A stretch of 64,000 nt of DNA. It comes from Amoebidium appalachense. Its lineage: Eukaryota; Protista; Ichthyosporea. The notes under the pieces were generated by a model, which searched no databases, was not told the DNA's origin, and saw only the letters and a list, made by a program, of their open reading frames with translations. Of this stretch, positions 1 through 46,390 are shown piece by piece. Both the position numbers and the translations under genes were made by a program. The stretch's first letter is position 1; every line of letters begins with the position of its first letter. The stretch is from contig CAVNZM010000011.1 in the NCBI GenBank assembly GCA_963693365.1, positions 3,763,098 to 3,827,097 on the forward strand, given 5' to 3'.

Positions 1-159
1 AACCTCCTTTTTTTTTTTTTTAGCAAAGTCCGTTTTTTGGTCAAGCCCTTTCCGCATTTTTGGCTGTCAGCCTTCCCTCCCCCCCCCCCCCCCCCCCCCC
101 CCCCCCGTTTATTATTCATACGGTGTGGATGTCTACTTTGCACGTTTTCTACCCTCTCT

Positions 160-212
<53 letters not shown>

Positions 213-425
213 CAACAAGAACAACAATTTTGCTTCCAAGTACTTCTTCGAGCATTAAGCTTCCAAGCAAATACATTTCACCAGGATGAGCAGTGTGTTA
301 GGCAGGAAAGCTCACTTGGATAGCAACGGGGGGGCTTTTGGGCTTCTGGGATTCAACCCCCCCGCCACACAGATACAGCTACCCACCCATTCACCTATCT
401 ACTGTCCACCTACACCTCCCCCCTC

Positions 426-464
<39 letters not shown>

Positions 465-596
465 CCAGACACCCACACAGTGCACACCCACACACGTATG
501 CGTGCACATCCTTGCACGCACACACACAGGTACATAAAATACCGATACCCTCTACCTTCTACACACAAACGCTGTTCCAAACACCAAACACAACAG

Positions 597-4516
<3,920 letters not shown>

Positions 4517-4582
4517 ATATGGAAGGCGGGATGCCATATATCGTATTAAACATATATATACACACAAAAATGCATATTTGTT

Positions 4583-4613
<31 letters not shown>

Positions 4614-5347
4614 GGGGGTGTTTGGTTGGTGGTGGTGGTGGGGGGGGGGGGGGAGGGGGAGGGGGGGGGGGGGGACATGTTTTGTTTTGTTCAAATTTGG
4701 CCGCAATGCTTGCAGAACAAACATATTTAAGAAGTACGGACCCATATTTGGAAGGCAGTTAACCAAACATGGACTATAACGCAAACAGACGATTGGCTTG
4801 TATGTGGCCTGGGGTAGAGCACAGGTCTAGAAGGGGGCGTTGCGGGGACTGTGTGACGATTGGGCTTTGACTTCAACCTTATTAAGATTAGATAAAAACC
4901 TGTATGTTTTGTGTACGTGTGGGTGTTTGCCAAAGTGAACGGAGCCAAACTGTACACACAATTCAAATATAGTTGATGTTTTATCACTTATGTTTTGTTT
5001 TTTTCGTGAATAGACCATAATTACATGAGCCTTCTCATATTGTTCATGACATTTCCCCCCCCTGTATGCTTTCTGTCGAAATCTGTTCCTGGGATCGGAC
5101 CCTTCGTTTCCACATGTTTGGCTTGCTCTCTGTTTGATTCATCGTTTTGCAAAAATACATTTTCCTAAATAATAAAAAAAAAACAATAATCTAAAAAACT
5201 GACCTCTAGAGACTTTTTATCGTGCTCACGTGTGAACACAACCCCCCCCCCCCCCCCCCCCTCCCCCCTTGCCTGCTTGGTTGCCCAAACACATACACAT
5301 GTGTATATATACATTTGCTTTACACGCAACGTGCACACACATTGCAC

Positions 5348-5889
5348 AATTCACCGTTCTCACTTCTAATTGGGCAAAAAGTGGAGCCTAAAATCGGGGC
5401 CAAATACTAATCTACAGCCTCTCAAAGCGAGTTTATGTTCGATTTCACTTACAAATGAGGTTTTCGCCCTCTAAGTAAAGTTGTAGGAAATAAAAAGACG
5501 CGCAAAGTTGATATAGGCGGTCTGGGGTGTCCGACTCCCTCCTTCAACGTCAATTGATCAAAATCAGGGCTAAAACTAGCCAAAACCGCCTCCAGCTAGG
5601 GCCAGCCTGACTGCCGAGTGACTGGCGGCGGGAACCAATCACATATAGTAAAAGATGTGTTTTTGCCTGTCTTGACCTCAAAAAACGCGCCGGACACCCT
5701 ATGTTGCTTATATAAGCAATGTGTTTTGCTTTATTTTCTATACTATTAACTAAAGCACCAAAGCCTGTTTCCTATTCTTAGTTTAGACTTTATCGTGTAA
5801 AAATGGATTTGGACTATGACCGGCATAGAATGGCTAGGCCCCACTTTTGGGCCGCCAAAATCAATTAGGGGATCTGAAATCGGTGAATT
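5348..5889. mobile_element. Candidate MITE / non-autonomous DNA transposon between the AP2M1 and SEC24 3' ends
   Basis: Imperfect inverted termini: AATTCACCG..CTAATTG..CAAAAAGTGGAGCCTA on the left versus TAGGCCCCACTTTTGG..CAATTAG..CGGTGAATT on the right. Interior is free of microsatellites. No clear TSD. Confidence 0.5.
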
Positions 5890-6681
5890 AGCATACCTGC
5901 TCACGTACTTCACTAATTAGCCATGCACATATCCTGATAAAGCGTCATATTTAACCCACCCATCGCTCTCACACACACACACATGCACATGGAAAAGCCG
6001 TTTGCATACATGTACAATCTTATCAGCTGGCAGCAGCTTGCCAAATATTTCCCTGGGAGCAAATCCGATGATGCAGACCAATACAATATAATCAGGCCCC
6101 CGTTTGAAGCATGCTTTACACCAACTTGCTTTTGCATGCCCAAAACCCGACCAAATAGTAGTATTGATAGTAACGAGGAATAGTGCATGCTAATTATGTA
6201 TATATTTATGCGCATGCCAAAGGAAAATACACTTGTAAAGCTCCTACACATTTCCCTTAAACGCAGAAGCAACATATATGTACATAAATTTAAGTCACAC
6301 ACAGTTGAATACACAGGTATGTGCACGTGCATGATTCGATGTCCAGCTGGCTTGCACGCACAGCCTGATAAATACACCAATGCATGTTTTTCTTTTATTT
6401 AAACTTATTTTATTTCAACTCCCATTCCTCCTCCTCCTCCAAGAACTACACTTGTATCATTTTTGCTCCTCTTCAAGCAAAATAAATAATAAGATTTCAA
6501 TTCAGCAGCGCAAAACAACTTAAATTTAAACATCAATCTAGCAACAGAACTACACAGCGCTATGTAAAACGACAAATATACTTCGGAAATCGATATGAAG
6601 AAAGGACTTAGTAATATCTATATATACAAACCCTAACCGAACTTGTTCAAAGATGGAAATAATTCGACAGATCACTGCTGC

Positions 6682-6738
<57 letters not shown>

Positions 6739-7120
6739 ACCAACCACCACCTCTACATCCATCCACTAGCCCGCCCGCCCAGCCACAAAAAAAACAAACA
6801 ATGAAAAACAAACAAACACCGACTTCTACTTTACATGCATACCAGTCATACCCCAAACTACCATCACACCATTACTCGCCTTTCCTCACTTCTTCCATTG
6901 ACACTATAGCTACCACCAGATGATTTACACACTAGCTTTTACCCCCCCCCCCCCCCCCACCCATCGGCACCTGCCGGGGGGGCATAACCTTTATCTACAC
7001 TTGACTTGCCTCACATCCTAGTCAATTATAACAACACAATGGTGATAAAATGCCGCAAAGCATTTATATCTACCAAACACGTATATTGCCATATTTGGCA
7101 ACCCATTCACCATATAAAAG

Positions 7121-29483
<22,363 letters not shown>

Positions 29484-30240
29484 GTCCCTTCCTCTCTAAA
29501 ACACACAGAGAGGAAGCGCTGAAGAAGTACAAAAGAAAACTAAAAACGAAAAATAGAAGGGAAAGGCTCGCCTGTGACTCTTCCAGGGAAGTTGAGGAAA
29601 AGAATGCGATTCGGGTTGAAAAATGCGATCCGGGTCAGATTTTGGCGATTTGGTGCGGGCGACCGCCGACGCTGATTGGTTGCTAGGTGAGACACATGAA
29701 TGGCGCAAACACCTACCGAAACATGCCAAATCCTGCCAACACAAGCAACTCCCACTCGTACCATGGCGATTTAGACTAGGTTCTTGCTTTATTTAAACAG
29801 ATGCAGTTTCCTTTATTTTTTTTTTTTTTTTTTTTGGCAAGTGTCTGCACGTTCATCAAACTGCATAGCGCCACCTGTTTTATTGGTATGTTTGTATGCA
29901 TGTACTGATGTTTGAAGGCAGTCGTAACTTTGATATCATGATTTGCCATGATTTGGCACCGAATTGGCAAAAAAAAATAAAGAATTTGGCAAGTTCTCCT
30001 TTTCGAAATACATTCTCATTCCTGATTGGCCGAGGCATAAAATTTACGAAATTCCTCTGAGTCTGCCTGCGCAACTTGTAAGCTCAGCTAAATAAGCAGC
30101 TTGAGAAAAAGCACACACAGTTCGCGTTTTCTTTTCACGTGAATTCCTGTGAAGTATTTGCATCCTTTTTTTTTTTTCGTTCCGCCCTGCAGTTGACTCT
30201 AAAACCTTCTCATAGTGTGTGATAAAACACCTGAAGGAGA
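29484..30240. promoter_or_regulatory. Putative bidirectional promoter and 5' UTRs between divergent SEC24 and p24 genes
   Basis: 757 bp between the two divergent ATGs (29483 on -, 30241 on +). It lacks the poly-C/(CA)n tracts found elsewhere and contains CTGATTGG (CCAAT box) near 29672 and 30022. Confidence 0.6.
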
Positions 30241-36692
<6,452 letters not shown>

Positions 36693-36849
36693 GGATCCAC
36701 TCCGTCATCGCCCACAACTAAAACCCCGTGTCCATGTTTTCCATCGATATCGTTTCTTCATGCATGTACATACATGTTTTATGTAACCACGGCCATAGGT
36801 GCGACATTTATCATAATAAACTTGACTACTGTGTTTGTTTGTGGTGATC

Positions 36850-36887
<38 letters not shown>

Positions 36888-37327
36888 TCTACTTTTCTTC
36901 TCACTGTTTTTCTCTCCACACACTTCATCTGTCCACTTCTGCATACCCCCTTTCATAGCTATAGACACACTTCACACATTGCGTTACGCGCACGCATGCA
37001 CACACCGCTCTGTTGGCGACAGCTCCCTTGGAACCCATGCGGCATGTTACCCGCCGGCGTAACATAACTCGGACTATCGGTTTGGCTTTTTTCAAGCCCA
37101 AAGCAATTGGTGATACCATATTTCCGGCTGACATCCGGGGGCAGAGCTTTCCGTTCGAAGACGATAAAGTTCTGCCCTAGTAAGCGTATTACTACCCTGC
37201 GGCGTGGGTCAAATCTCATATTTTCCCCTCTGATTGCGAATTCTGCGGCCTTCGGGACTTAATTCTTTTCAGCTGGTGTAGTATGTTAGCCAGGGAAGTA
37301 TCGACTTAGGTATCGACGGGGGAGCTT

Positions 37328-37663
37328 CCTAGAAACCCCGTCTCCTGAGTTCCTATCTATATTTTTCTTGCTTCTGTTTACTGCTGCAACTTTAACCCCC
37401 GGCCTTTCCCACTGCCCTTGCCTGCATAAGCAACCCTGCTCGTCTCTGATCAAGACGAGTGACCTACTCAATGTTCAAGTGAAACAGTATCTGAGTTGGG
37501 TTTCGTTAACGAGGGGAATAGGTCGAAACTCGGGTACTGTGGATGACGTGGGCCCCCCCCTGAGGATGGGCTCTGCTTATTATGCATACTCTTTATGTAT
37601 GGCTTGCATTCTGCATCGTGTTATCCGTTTGTTCTTGTGTACTTCGTACTTTTTGACGCATTC

Positions 37664-37696
<33 letters not shown>

Positions 37697-37964
37697 TTCT
37701 TCCTCGCATAAATAACCCTGCTCGTCTCTTATCAAGACGGGTGACCCACCCATGTTTAAGTATCCGAGTTGGGTTTCGTTGACAAGGTGAATTCGAATGG
37801 GCTGAAACTCGGGGACTATGGATGACGTAGGCTCCCCCTGATGGTCTCTGCTTGATGGGCTCTGCTTGGTATGCATACTCTTACATAATGTATGGTTTGC
37901 ACTCTAGACTCGGATCGTGTTGTCTGTTGTGTTTGTGCACTTCGTACTTCATGGCGCATTCAAC
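37328..37964 (+). mobile_element. Two tandem poly-C-associated elements: subfamily A 37328-37666 and a diverged copy 37706-37964
   Basis: Both end in CGCATTCAAC followed by C-rich sequence and are separated by a C-run. The 5' end of the first may extend further upstream. Confidence 0.85.
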
Positions 37965-38402
37965 CTCTCCCCTCCCCGCCTCTCCGGCCCGCCCCCGCCT
38001 CCGGGGAACTGTGAATTCGTAGCCGTTCACCGTGTATGCTTTTGCACACCGGCTGTGCACACAAGTTGCACATGATTGGGAGCTAAAAGTACAAGCTACG
38101 TCACGAGAAACTGCGATTTTTATCACAACAGGTGAATGTGTGTGTGCGTGTGCGTGTGCATCGAGTGCGTGTGTGCAATACGTGTCCGTGTGTGTGTGTG
38201 TGTGTACACGTAACGGCGTGTGTTTACGTGTGTGCGTGCGTGCGCGTGTGACTGTACGTTTTTGTATTTGTGTTGCGCTGTACAGCAACGAGTGCATTTT
38301 GGCAAGTGGCTACTGTAACAGGGGATGCACAGGCCTACATAGGAGGGAGAGGAAGGGGTGTGTGTGTGGGGTGAGTGGGTTGGGGGGGGGGGGGGGGGGG
38401 GG

Positions 38403-38639
38403 GTTTGAATGCGGAACACGGTACGAAGTACGCATACACGAAGGACACATGCAAAGGCAAACATTCAAGTATGCAACATCAGCCATGCGCACAGTATGCG
38501 TCATAAGCAGAGCCAATCCTCAGGGAGGGCCCAAGTCATCAATTGCGTCTGAGTTTCGACCCCTTAGCCCGCGTATATACGACTCTCCAACTCAGACAGC
38601 AGCATCAACTGAACTTGGGAGGGTTAACCCGTCTTGATC
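38403..38639 (-). mobile_element. Poly-C-associated element, subfamily B
   Basis: Near-identical to the 16955 copy, with a small internal deletion. G-runs on both sides. Confidence 0.85.
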
Positions 38640-39419
38640 GGGGGGGGGGAGTGTGTGGTGCAAGGCCTCCTTGGTTGGTGCTGATCAAACCTTCAAGTAG
38701 AACTGAGACTTCTGCTTGAACTCGAATTATTGAAACACCGATGTTGTAGTAGTTAACACCTGCTCTACTACATTTATCATCCCAGATGATGATTGGCTCT
38801 TGTGTCCTACACAGCACTTCACATCATCGATATCAGCCAGGGGTAACTGGTATACCATTGGACCAGTTAGTTAAATATTATAGCTAAATAATAAATAAAT
38901 TCAAATCGTATGCACTTGTAGTGCATCGCAATAAGTGACTCTTACGACATGTTTCGTATGGCATATTTTCGCCTTAAACGGGTGCCATAGATTGGGACCC
39001 TAGATAAGTGGAAAATCACAGACTACTCCAGACCTATTGCCCCATGTGAACTTATTCGGGGATCGTGCACCGCCACCTCTTACCCAGCCTTATAGAAAAA
39101 AGAAAAAGGGAGACATTAGACATGTCAAAAACGAATACAGGTAACACACGTGCATGCTTTTGGCATAGGTTTTAGAAATGCAAATAATCAGATCCCTGCC
39201 GTACAGCGTCCCCCCCCCCCCCCCCCCCCCCCCCCAAATACATATATACACATATCAAAACAATCGTACACACACACAAGCACACCCACACAAAACGGTT
39301 CAGCGCCAACACAAAGAACTTCGGAACTATAAAAACTAAGGACGAAGGAGGGTGTTGATGTTGTTGAGGTTATCGACAAGCTATCCGTGTTTGGAGAAGC
39401 ACACGTATGCCATGTAGGA

Positions 39420-39484
<65 letters not shown>

Positions 39485-39753
39485 ATGCTAAACGTCTCAG
39501 CTGCCCATACATATAGTTTGGACAGAGGTAAAATAAGTAACAAAACAAAAAGATAAAAAAAAATTTAAGACCTACCACCTCCTCACCCCTCTTCCCCCAA
39601 GGCAGAACACGCCCTTCGTGGCACCCAGAAACATTCACACAACCAGTAGACCTGGAGGCATCTACGTTATACACACACACACACACACACACACAATACA
39701 CACAGAGAGAGACACAAGTCCCTCCCCCCCAGCTTGCCTCTCTCTCCCCCTCC

Positions 39754-40948
39754 TCACGAGACGTTCTCCGGAACGATTTTCTTCCCCTTTGTCGGCTTCT
39801 CATACGCATGCCCGGTGGCGTGTGCATGACTCCACAAATTGCTCCTACTCGCGTATCTCGCATGTGCACCCAGGCTCAATACACGCATATGGCTTCTCCC
39901 CAGAGTGGATCCTCACATGAACACTCAAAACATTGCGCGACGCAAAACGATGCCCACATCCCGGGTATGCGCACTCGTAAGGTTTTTCCGTCGTGTGTGT
40001 TTGCAGATGTTCTGAAAGTTCCTGCGCAGTAACAAAACTGCGGCTGCATCGGGCTACGGTGCATGGGTAGGGGGTAGGGCCCGAGTGTCTCTTTAGGTGC
40101 ACCTTCAAAGCACCATACGAAGAGAACCCGGTATCGCAACCCGGGTGTGTGCATGTATAGGGTTTCTCGCCCGTGTGTGTGCGTAGATGGCTGGTGAGGG
40201 CGTGGTTGGCGCCGAAACTTGCGTTGCAGTTTGGGTAGGTGCAGGTGTACGGTTTCTCCCCTGTGTGCGTCATAATGTGTCGTGTAATGTGCCCCTTCCG
40301 TGTGGTTTTATACCCACATCCGTATGGACATTCGTGTACCTTCCCCTCTCCACCTCCAGACTCCGTCCCTGATGTTGGTTGCGGCGCGCTCTCTCCTCCC
40401 CTTCCCTTTTTCGCTTTTGACGTATCTCCCCCCTTAAGCTGACCCTTTGACTGTGTTAGTGGAGGTAGAGCCGCTGCATACGTGTGTGTGGTGGAGCCCT
40501 GTTGGTTTCTAAAAGCAGGAATCGACGAAACAGTAGCAATGTTTGTTGTGACGCCGTTTGCTTGTGTGTTGGTGTTGGAAGCTCTGGCCGATCTCCTTGT
40601 AGTCGCCCCGCCCGTGTTGCTTTGTGCTTGCGCACTTGACTGTGAATACATCTGCTGCGTGTGTGGGAGGGAGGGGGGAAGAGAGGGGTTCGAGCCACCA
40701 AACCCTACTTGTTTCTGCATGGATTGAAGCTCGCGCACGGCTGCTTCAAGTGCGTTTATGCGCCTATTTTGCTCAGAGACATAGTTTCTTAATTCTTGGT
40801 TTTCTTGATCTTTCTGGTTGACCATAGCGCGTAATTGTTGGTTTGATTGGTTGAGTGGTATGTGTGCGGAGAACCCGGGGGAATGGGAGAAGTTATGTGA
40901 GGAAAGGCCCCCATTGTGCCCCCCTGCGTTGAAGGAGAACTGAGACAT
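39754..40948 (-). CDS. Intronless C2H2 zinc-finger protein (6 fingers, N-terminal coiled coil); last finger split by a +1 frameshift near 39862
   Basis: ATG at 40948 (MSQFSFNAGG..). Coiled coil QELRNYVSEQNRRINALEAAVRELQ. CxxxxC..HxxxH fingers with TGEKPY linkers. The frame stops at 39845 in the middle of finger 6, but the +1 frame completes it (C.ARYASRSNLWSHAHATGH..ENVS*, stop at 39754-39756). Confidence 0.85.
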
Positions 40949-41830
40949 GTTTTGTGTTGAGATGATGAGAAAAACCTGTGTGCTTCTTTGGTCGTTATTA
41001 AGCAAACCTATCACTAACGAGAGAAAGATACACCATTTACTCCATAAAATCGTTGCGAAGAATTGTATGCACACAGCGGACCCAACAAAAACAAAACGCT
41101 TCAAGAAGTTCCCCCTCACCTAGAGTTGTGACGGTTGCCGCACCCCAACCTATTTTAAGAACATTTAGCATTCTATTTATAGACCACTGACTAGTAAACT
41201 GTTGCTATGTTTGGAAAACTCCAGAGGGCCAACGGTCGGGTCACGCAATGATTGGCTCGAATCGCTTCAGCGCGGACTGGCGCGGGTCCGCGCTTATGCC
41301 AGCTTATCAATTTAGGTTCTATTTACGGTTGTAGGAGGCCTTGCAGCTTATGCCTGTTTACTCCGGCATACGTTTTTGCCGAGCCGTTTAGCAGATCATA
41401 ATTTGAATTTTATGGACTTAATAGAAATCTTAAATGTAAGCTAGGAATCCAGTACTATGTTCCTAGTACTCTAAGAATCGGGGGGGAGTGGGGGCGGGAG
41501 GGGGGGGGGGGGGGGGAGGGGGGGGGGGGGGGGGATGAAGGAAGGAGGGGGAGACTCTGGATTCTTCAAACTAAAGTATTAGTGTGCTGTCCGAGTTCAC
41601 ACGTTGACCCCCCCCCCCCCCCCCCCCCCCCCCCCCTTTATCATGCCACGAGCTTCTACCCAAGCCTTTTCGGGGCCTTCCAGGCATCATATCATGAGTG
41701 TGTAGTTTAGGCTCATCATGGCTGGTAAGATGGTACCGGAGAGGAGAATAAGTGTTCAAGTTGGTTTGCAGCACTTAGAGTATTGGAAACCCGTGGAGAC
41801 CGTGCGGGAAGTACAGGGTTGGGGATTTGG

Positions 41831-41880
<50 letters not shown>

Positions 41881-42716
41881 AGGGGGGGGGGGGTAGAGGC
41901 AGGCAAGAGAAGGTTCTGTATTTGTGTACATGTGCATGTGGGGGGGGGGGGGGGGGGGGGGGGGTGGGGGGGGGGGAAGGGGAAGGGCGGGAGGCGGATT
42001 GCATAATCATTTGTGGCATGTGCAAAGAGGGGTGCGAGAATCTCACAGAGAAAAACTCTGGCGCGGGGGGGGGGGGGGCGGCTCCGAGGGGGGAGGAGAG
42101 GGGAGAGGCCCTGGGGGAGGGGGAGGGGTTGTAAATCGGGTGAATCAGGACTTGGAGGAGGAGCAGGCCTGCACCGGGCAGTGGGGCAGGTGCCGGAAAG
42201 TTAAGTAGGGGGTCACTAGGGGGTGCAAAGGAGGGAGCAGAGTGAGAGCCCTGGTGTGGCGGTGTGGAGGAAAAAATAGGGGAGAACTAAGGGTAGAAGC
42301 AAGGGGATGGGGAACTCATGTATTAGAGCAGGAGAGGGGGAGAGGGGGCGGGCACGGGAAGGGGGCGGGAAAGACGGTAGGGGGTAGGAGGTGGGGGTTG
42401 GGGGCCACGCTTTGCATGAACTTTCAACACTTGCGATTTATTTCGGCAGGTTCTGGAAAGACTTTGTGGTGAGATCGGTATGCTTTGAAGATAGCGATGT
42501 GCAAAAGAAAATCTACAGCTTGGGGGCGACTTGTGCACTCTCGTGCACTTCATATGAAGAGCTACAGGGGAAGGACACTACACTCACACTCACACTCGCA
42601 CGCACCGACGCAAGCACGCACGCATGCACACACGCAGGTGCGCACACACGCACACACGCATGCACTCACGCATGCCTGACGTAAGTACACACGCACACAC
42701 GCACATACCCACATTG

Positions 42717-42926
42717 TCAACTCAAAAATTCCTTTGGCAATTTTTTCCTTGCGTCCTGCACACGACACAACGAAATGATAAGCGCGATAGCCCCCCCCTC
42801 CCCCAACCCCCCACGCGCAACACCCTTCTGTCCTCCAACCCCCCCCCCCCCCCCTTTTCCCGGCAACACGCTTCTTCCCGCACCCCCCCCCCCTCCCCCT
42901 CCCCCTCCTTTTCCGCAACACCGAAG

Positions 42927-42957
<31 letters not shown>

Positions 42958-43353
42958 CACCACCACCCGCACCACCAGACTGACAGCCCCAGACGACAGC
43001 CCAGTTGAAACACAAAAACAACAAGGCACAAGTTCTGCATGCGAACAACAGTGCAGCACTGTGCAGCACAACAAAGTGCAGTGATACAACAGAAACGACA
43101 ACACAGATCCTCCCCCAACATTGCCTTCTGGTCACATACCTTAAGATTTACTTGTTCCAAGCTTTTCTCCAGCTCTTCTGTGGACATACATGTGAGTAAA
43201 TACCACATTGTGACAATAACCCCCCCCCCCCTCCCCCCTCCCCCGCGCCCCCCTTCCTTCCCATCGAGGGAAAGACCCTCAACCTCCCCCAAATCCAAAT
43301 CACCATTCCCAACTCTTGGAGGCAGCCCCCCGCCCCCTTCCTCCCCTCTCCCC

Positions 43354-43385
<32 letters not shown>

Positions 43386-43829
43386 ATTTCCTCTTACACC
43401 CTTCTCCCTCTCATCCTCTATCAGTCGCTTTGGATGGAGGGCGGGGGGAGGCTTATATAACAACACGAAAATTGGGCAGCAGTCTGTGCAGACAATCCAG
43501 GAAGAAAGTACATAAGAATAGCCACTCTCGGACATGGACCCATATGGACACACACACATGGACACACACAAACATACATACAGCAACATCACAGCCTGTC
43601 ACACCGGCAAACACATGAGAAGATTAGTACACAACATGCACACCATGTATATGGAATGTACTATCAGCCTGGTGACCCACCTTTGGCATCGTCAAGGTCC
43701 AGAGCTTCAACCCCGTCTATGAGCTGTATGACGTCGTCATCTACCAAATAAGGCTGTGAGCAATCAAATGTGGGCTGTTGTTTGTTTGGAGCATGTGATG
43801 TGTTGTCCAAGACGCATATGCGCGCGTGG

Positions 43830-43889
<60 letters not shown>

Positions 43890-44055
43890 AACATCCAGTT
43901 TCCCGAGGAGACAAGGGTGTGTGTGTGGGGGGGGGGGGGGGGGGGGGGAGAAGGGCATATGCGGAACCGCGCGGGGGGGGGGGGGGGGGGGGAGAGAGAG
44001 AGAGGGGGGGGGGGTAAGGGCGGGGGCTGTTTACCGGGGGGGGGGGGGGGGGGAT

Positions 44056-44086
<31 letters not shown>

Positions 44087-44651
44087 GGGGGGGGGGAGGG
44101 GGGGGCTGTTTACGGGGATGTACAGGCACATGGATTGAACACACACCTGCGGTGCTTGAAGAAGTTAGCTGCAACGGGCCAGCTGAAGCATGGGCTGCTG
44201 GCACGGTTTGGTGACCTGTGATCCAATGTTAGGAACAGGCAATAATGAAAGAGATTGTGTACTGTCTGCTATTGCTCAAACATGCATACCGCATGGTGAG
44301 CGGGTGTGCACATGCATGTGTGTTCGCGTCTGCATGCAGGCATGTGTGCGCACGTGTGGATCTGTATGCGCGCCGGCGCGCACTTGTGGGTGTATGCATG
44401 TGCGCACATGCATATGTGTGTGCGATAACCATTTGTGCATGTTGGGAGTGTGCATTTTCATCGTGGGCACGTGCATTTTCATCGAGGCAAAAAAGCCATT
44501 CCTTAGAGCTTTCGTTGAGTTTGCGTTCAATAGGGCGCGATAATTTCTCGGATCCCTTTTTTTCTCTGGAGAACCATTCCACTACACGGAGAGGCGTTTC
44601 AGCACTGTTGCTTGTGACGGCGGACCCGTCACAGTGCACGACTTGACCATC
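42717..44651 (-). CDS. Hypothetical spliced protein, 3' exons (5' end unresolved, candidate exons up to about 46115)
   Basis: Phase-compatible GT-AG exons 44471-44651 (DGQVVHCDG..), 44147-44215, 43681-43740 (DDDVIQLIDGVEALDLDDAK), 43140-43177 (EELEKSLEQVNLK), 42717-42755 (DARKKLPKEFLS*). I recognise no family. Confidence 0.4.
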
Positions 44652-45212
44652 CTGCAAGAAGACTTTGTTAAAAAACTCTTATCTATGAGGATGGATGGAA
44701 AGGTTGGGGGGGGGGGGGGGGGGGGAGGGGGAGGAGGAGGGGAAGGGGGGACAGGGAGGGGAGGGGAAGGGGGGGGGGGGGGGGATTGGGGTTCATGCGC
44801 TGTAGAACAATATAGAGGGAAGAGGGAAAGTACAGACACAACATACAGGGGTGAGATACACATTGGAGGAACTTACACAAGGTACCGAAGGATCCGAGGG
44901 CCAGGGTACAAAAAAGACACATCACCTCCACTTGGAGCGGCGGCGCCAGGCGGGGAGGAGGGGTTATGGGGAGGGGAGGGTGGGGGGGGGGGGGGGGGGG
45001 GGGGAGGGGGGGGGGGGGGAGCACGTACTGCCTTGTGGCTGGCTGTTGACCTTTGTCACACAGCAGCTGAGTTCCGTGCAGCCTGCGGGGACACACGTGG
45101 CTTAATGAGCTGTTGAGTTATTAGAAGCCACAGAGAAGGGTTACAGATAAAGGTTACAGAACGAAAAAGAGTCCCCTTCCCCCCCCCCTCCCCGGCACTC
45201 CCTCTATTCTCA

Positions 45213-45285
<73 letters not shown>

Positions 45286-46390
45286 AAGAAAAGGGAGGAG
45301 GGTGTGTATGTTTGTGTGTGGGATCAAAGGAGGGGCGGGGAAGAGAAGGGCGGGGGGACGGGGGAGTGTGTGTGTGTTTGTGTGGGATGAAGGGAGGGGG
45401 GAGAAAGAGAAGGGGGGGGGGGGGGATGAGAAAGGGTGTGTGTTTGGGTGTTTGTGTACAGGAGGAAGAGAGGGGAGACAGGAACAGGAGAGGAGGGGGA
45501 AGAGAGACTGAGAGAGATACGAACAGAAAGAGAGGGGGGGGAGAAAGAGAGAGAGAGGGAGAGATTGTGTGTGTGTGTGTGTGTGTGGGACGGAGGGAGA
45601 GGGGTGGGGGAGGGTAGAGAGAAGCGAGAGATGTGGATAGAAAGCACGGAGGGGGGACGTGGGAGAGAGAAGGTGCACTTGTGCTTAGATAGGGAAGCGT
45701 GAGAAGGTTGTTGTAAGCAAAAGAAGAAAGGGAGTGGTGGAAACTAAACGACCAACCCGAGAGGCAGAGCTAGCCATGGACATGAAGCAATGGGTATGGG
45801 TATGAAAGAAAGGGGAAGGGAGGGTGGCGGAGGGGGAGGGGGGGGGGGGGGGGGAGTAACCACTGCAAAGGAGAAGACGCCAAGACCATGAGAAAAATAA
45901 GGAGCAAGGTTGAAGAGAAGGGGTCCATGCAAGGACGTGAGAGTAAGTCTAGGTTCTGGGCAAGGAAGGGACAGATGGGGGAATGGGGGGAAGAGAAAGA
46001 GGAGAGGAAGAGGGTGGGGGGGGGGGGGGGGGGGGGGGGGGGGGGCGTTGGGGCGTTGGTGCGCTGGCAAAATCAACCCAAGAAGCAAAAAGCACCTGCA
46101 CACAGCACGTGACATGTTTTTACGCGCAAACCTACCAAGCTGAAGAAACAAGAAACGAGATTTTTGTCTACTGCTGCTGTTTCTTGGCAAAAACAAACTC
46201 CACCTCAGCAAACGCCCACCCGACAAAGCTCTTCTTCAAGTAGGGGGTTTGCGTGGACATTGCCGGAGGCCCAGCCACATTCGACGGCCTACTGCGTTTT
46301 CCAGCACAGCCAATCAAATGCAGCCAGTGACATATGTACATGCTAGGCAACAATGAGCGCCATCGTAGTATCTGACACCCCTATTACATA

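Noticed and set aside
40949-41119. 57-aa N-terminal extension of the ZnF ORF in the ORF track
   Set aside because: It starts at GTG and is T-rich like a 5' UTR. The ATG at 40948 has a good AAACATG context.
42717-43177. ABC-transporter-like peptide (SLEQVNLKDARKKLPKEFLS)
   Set aside because: It stops before any SGG signature, and no Walker A/B exons were found.
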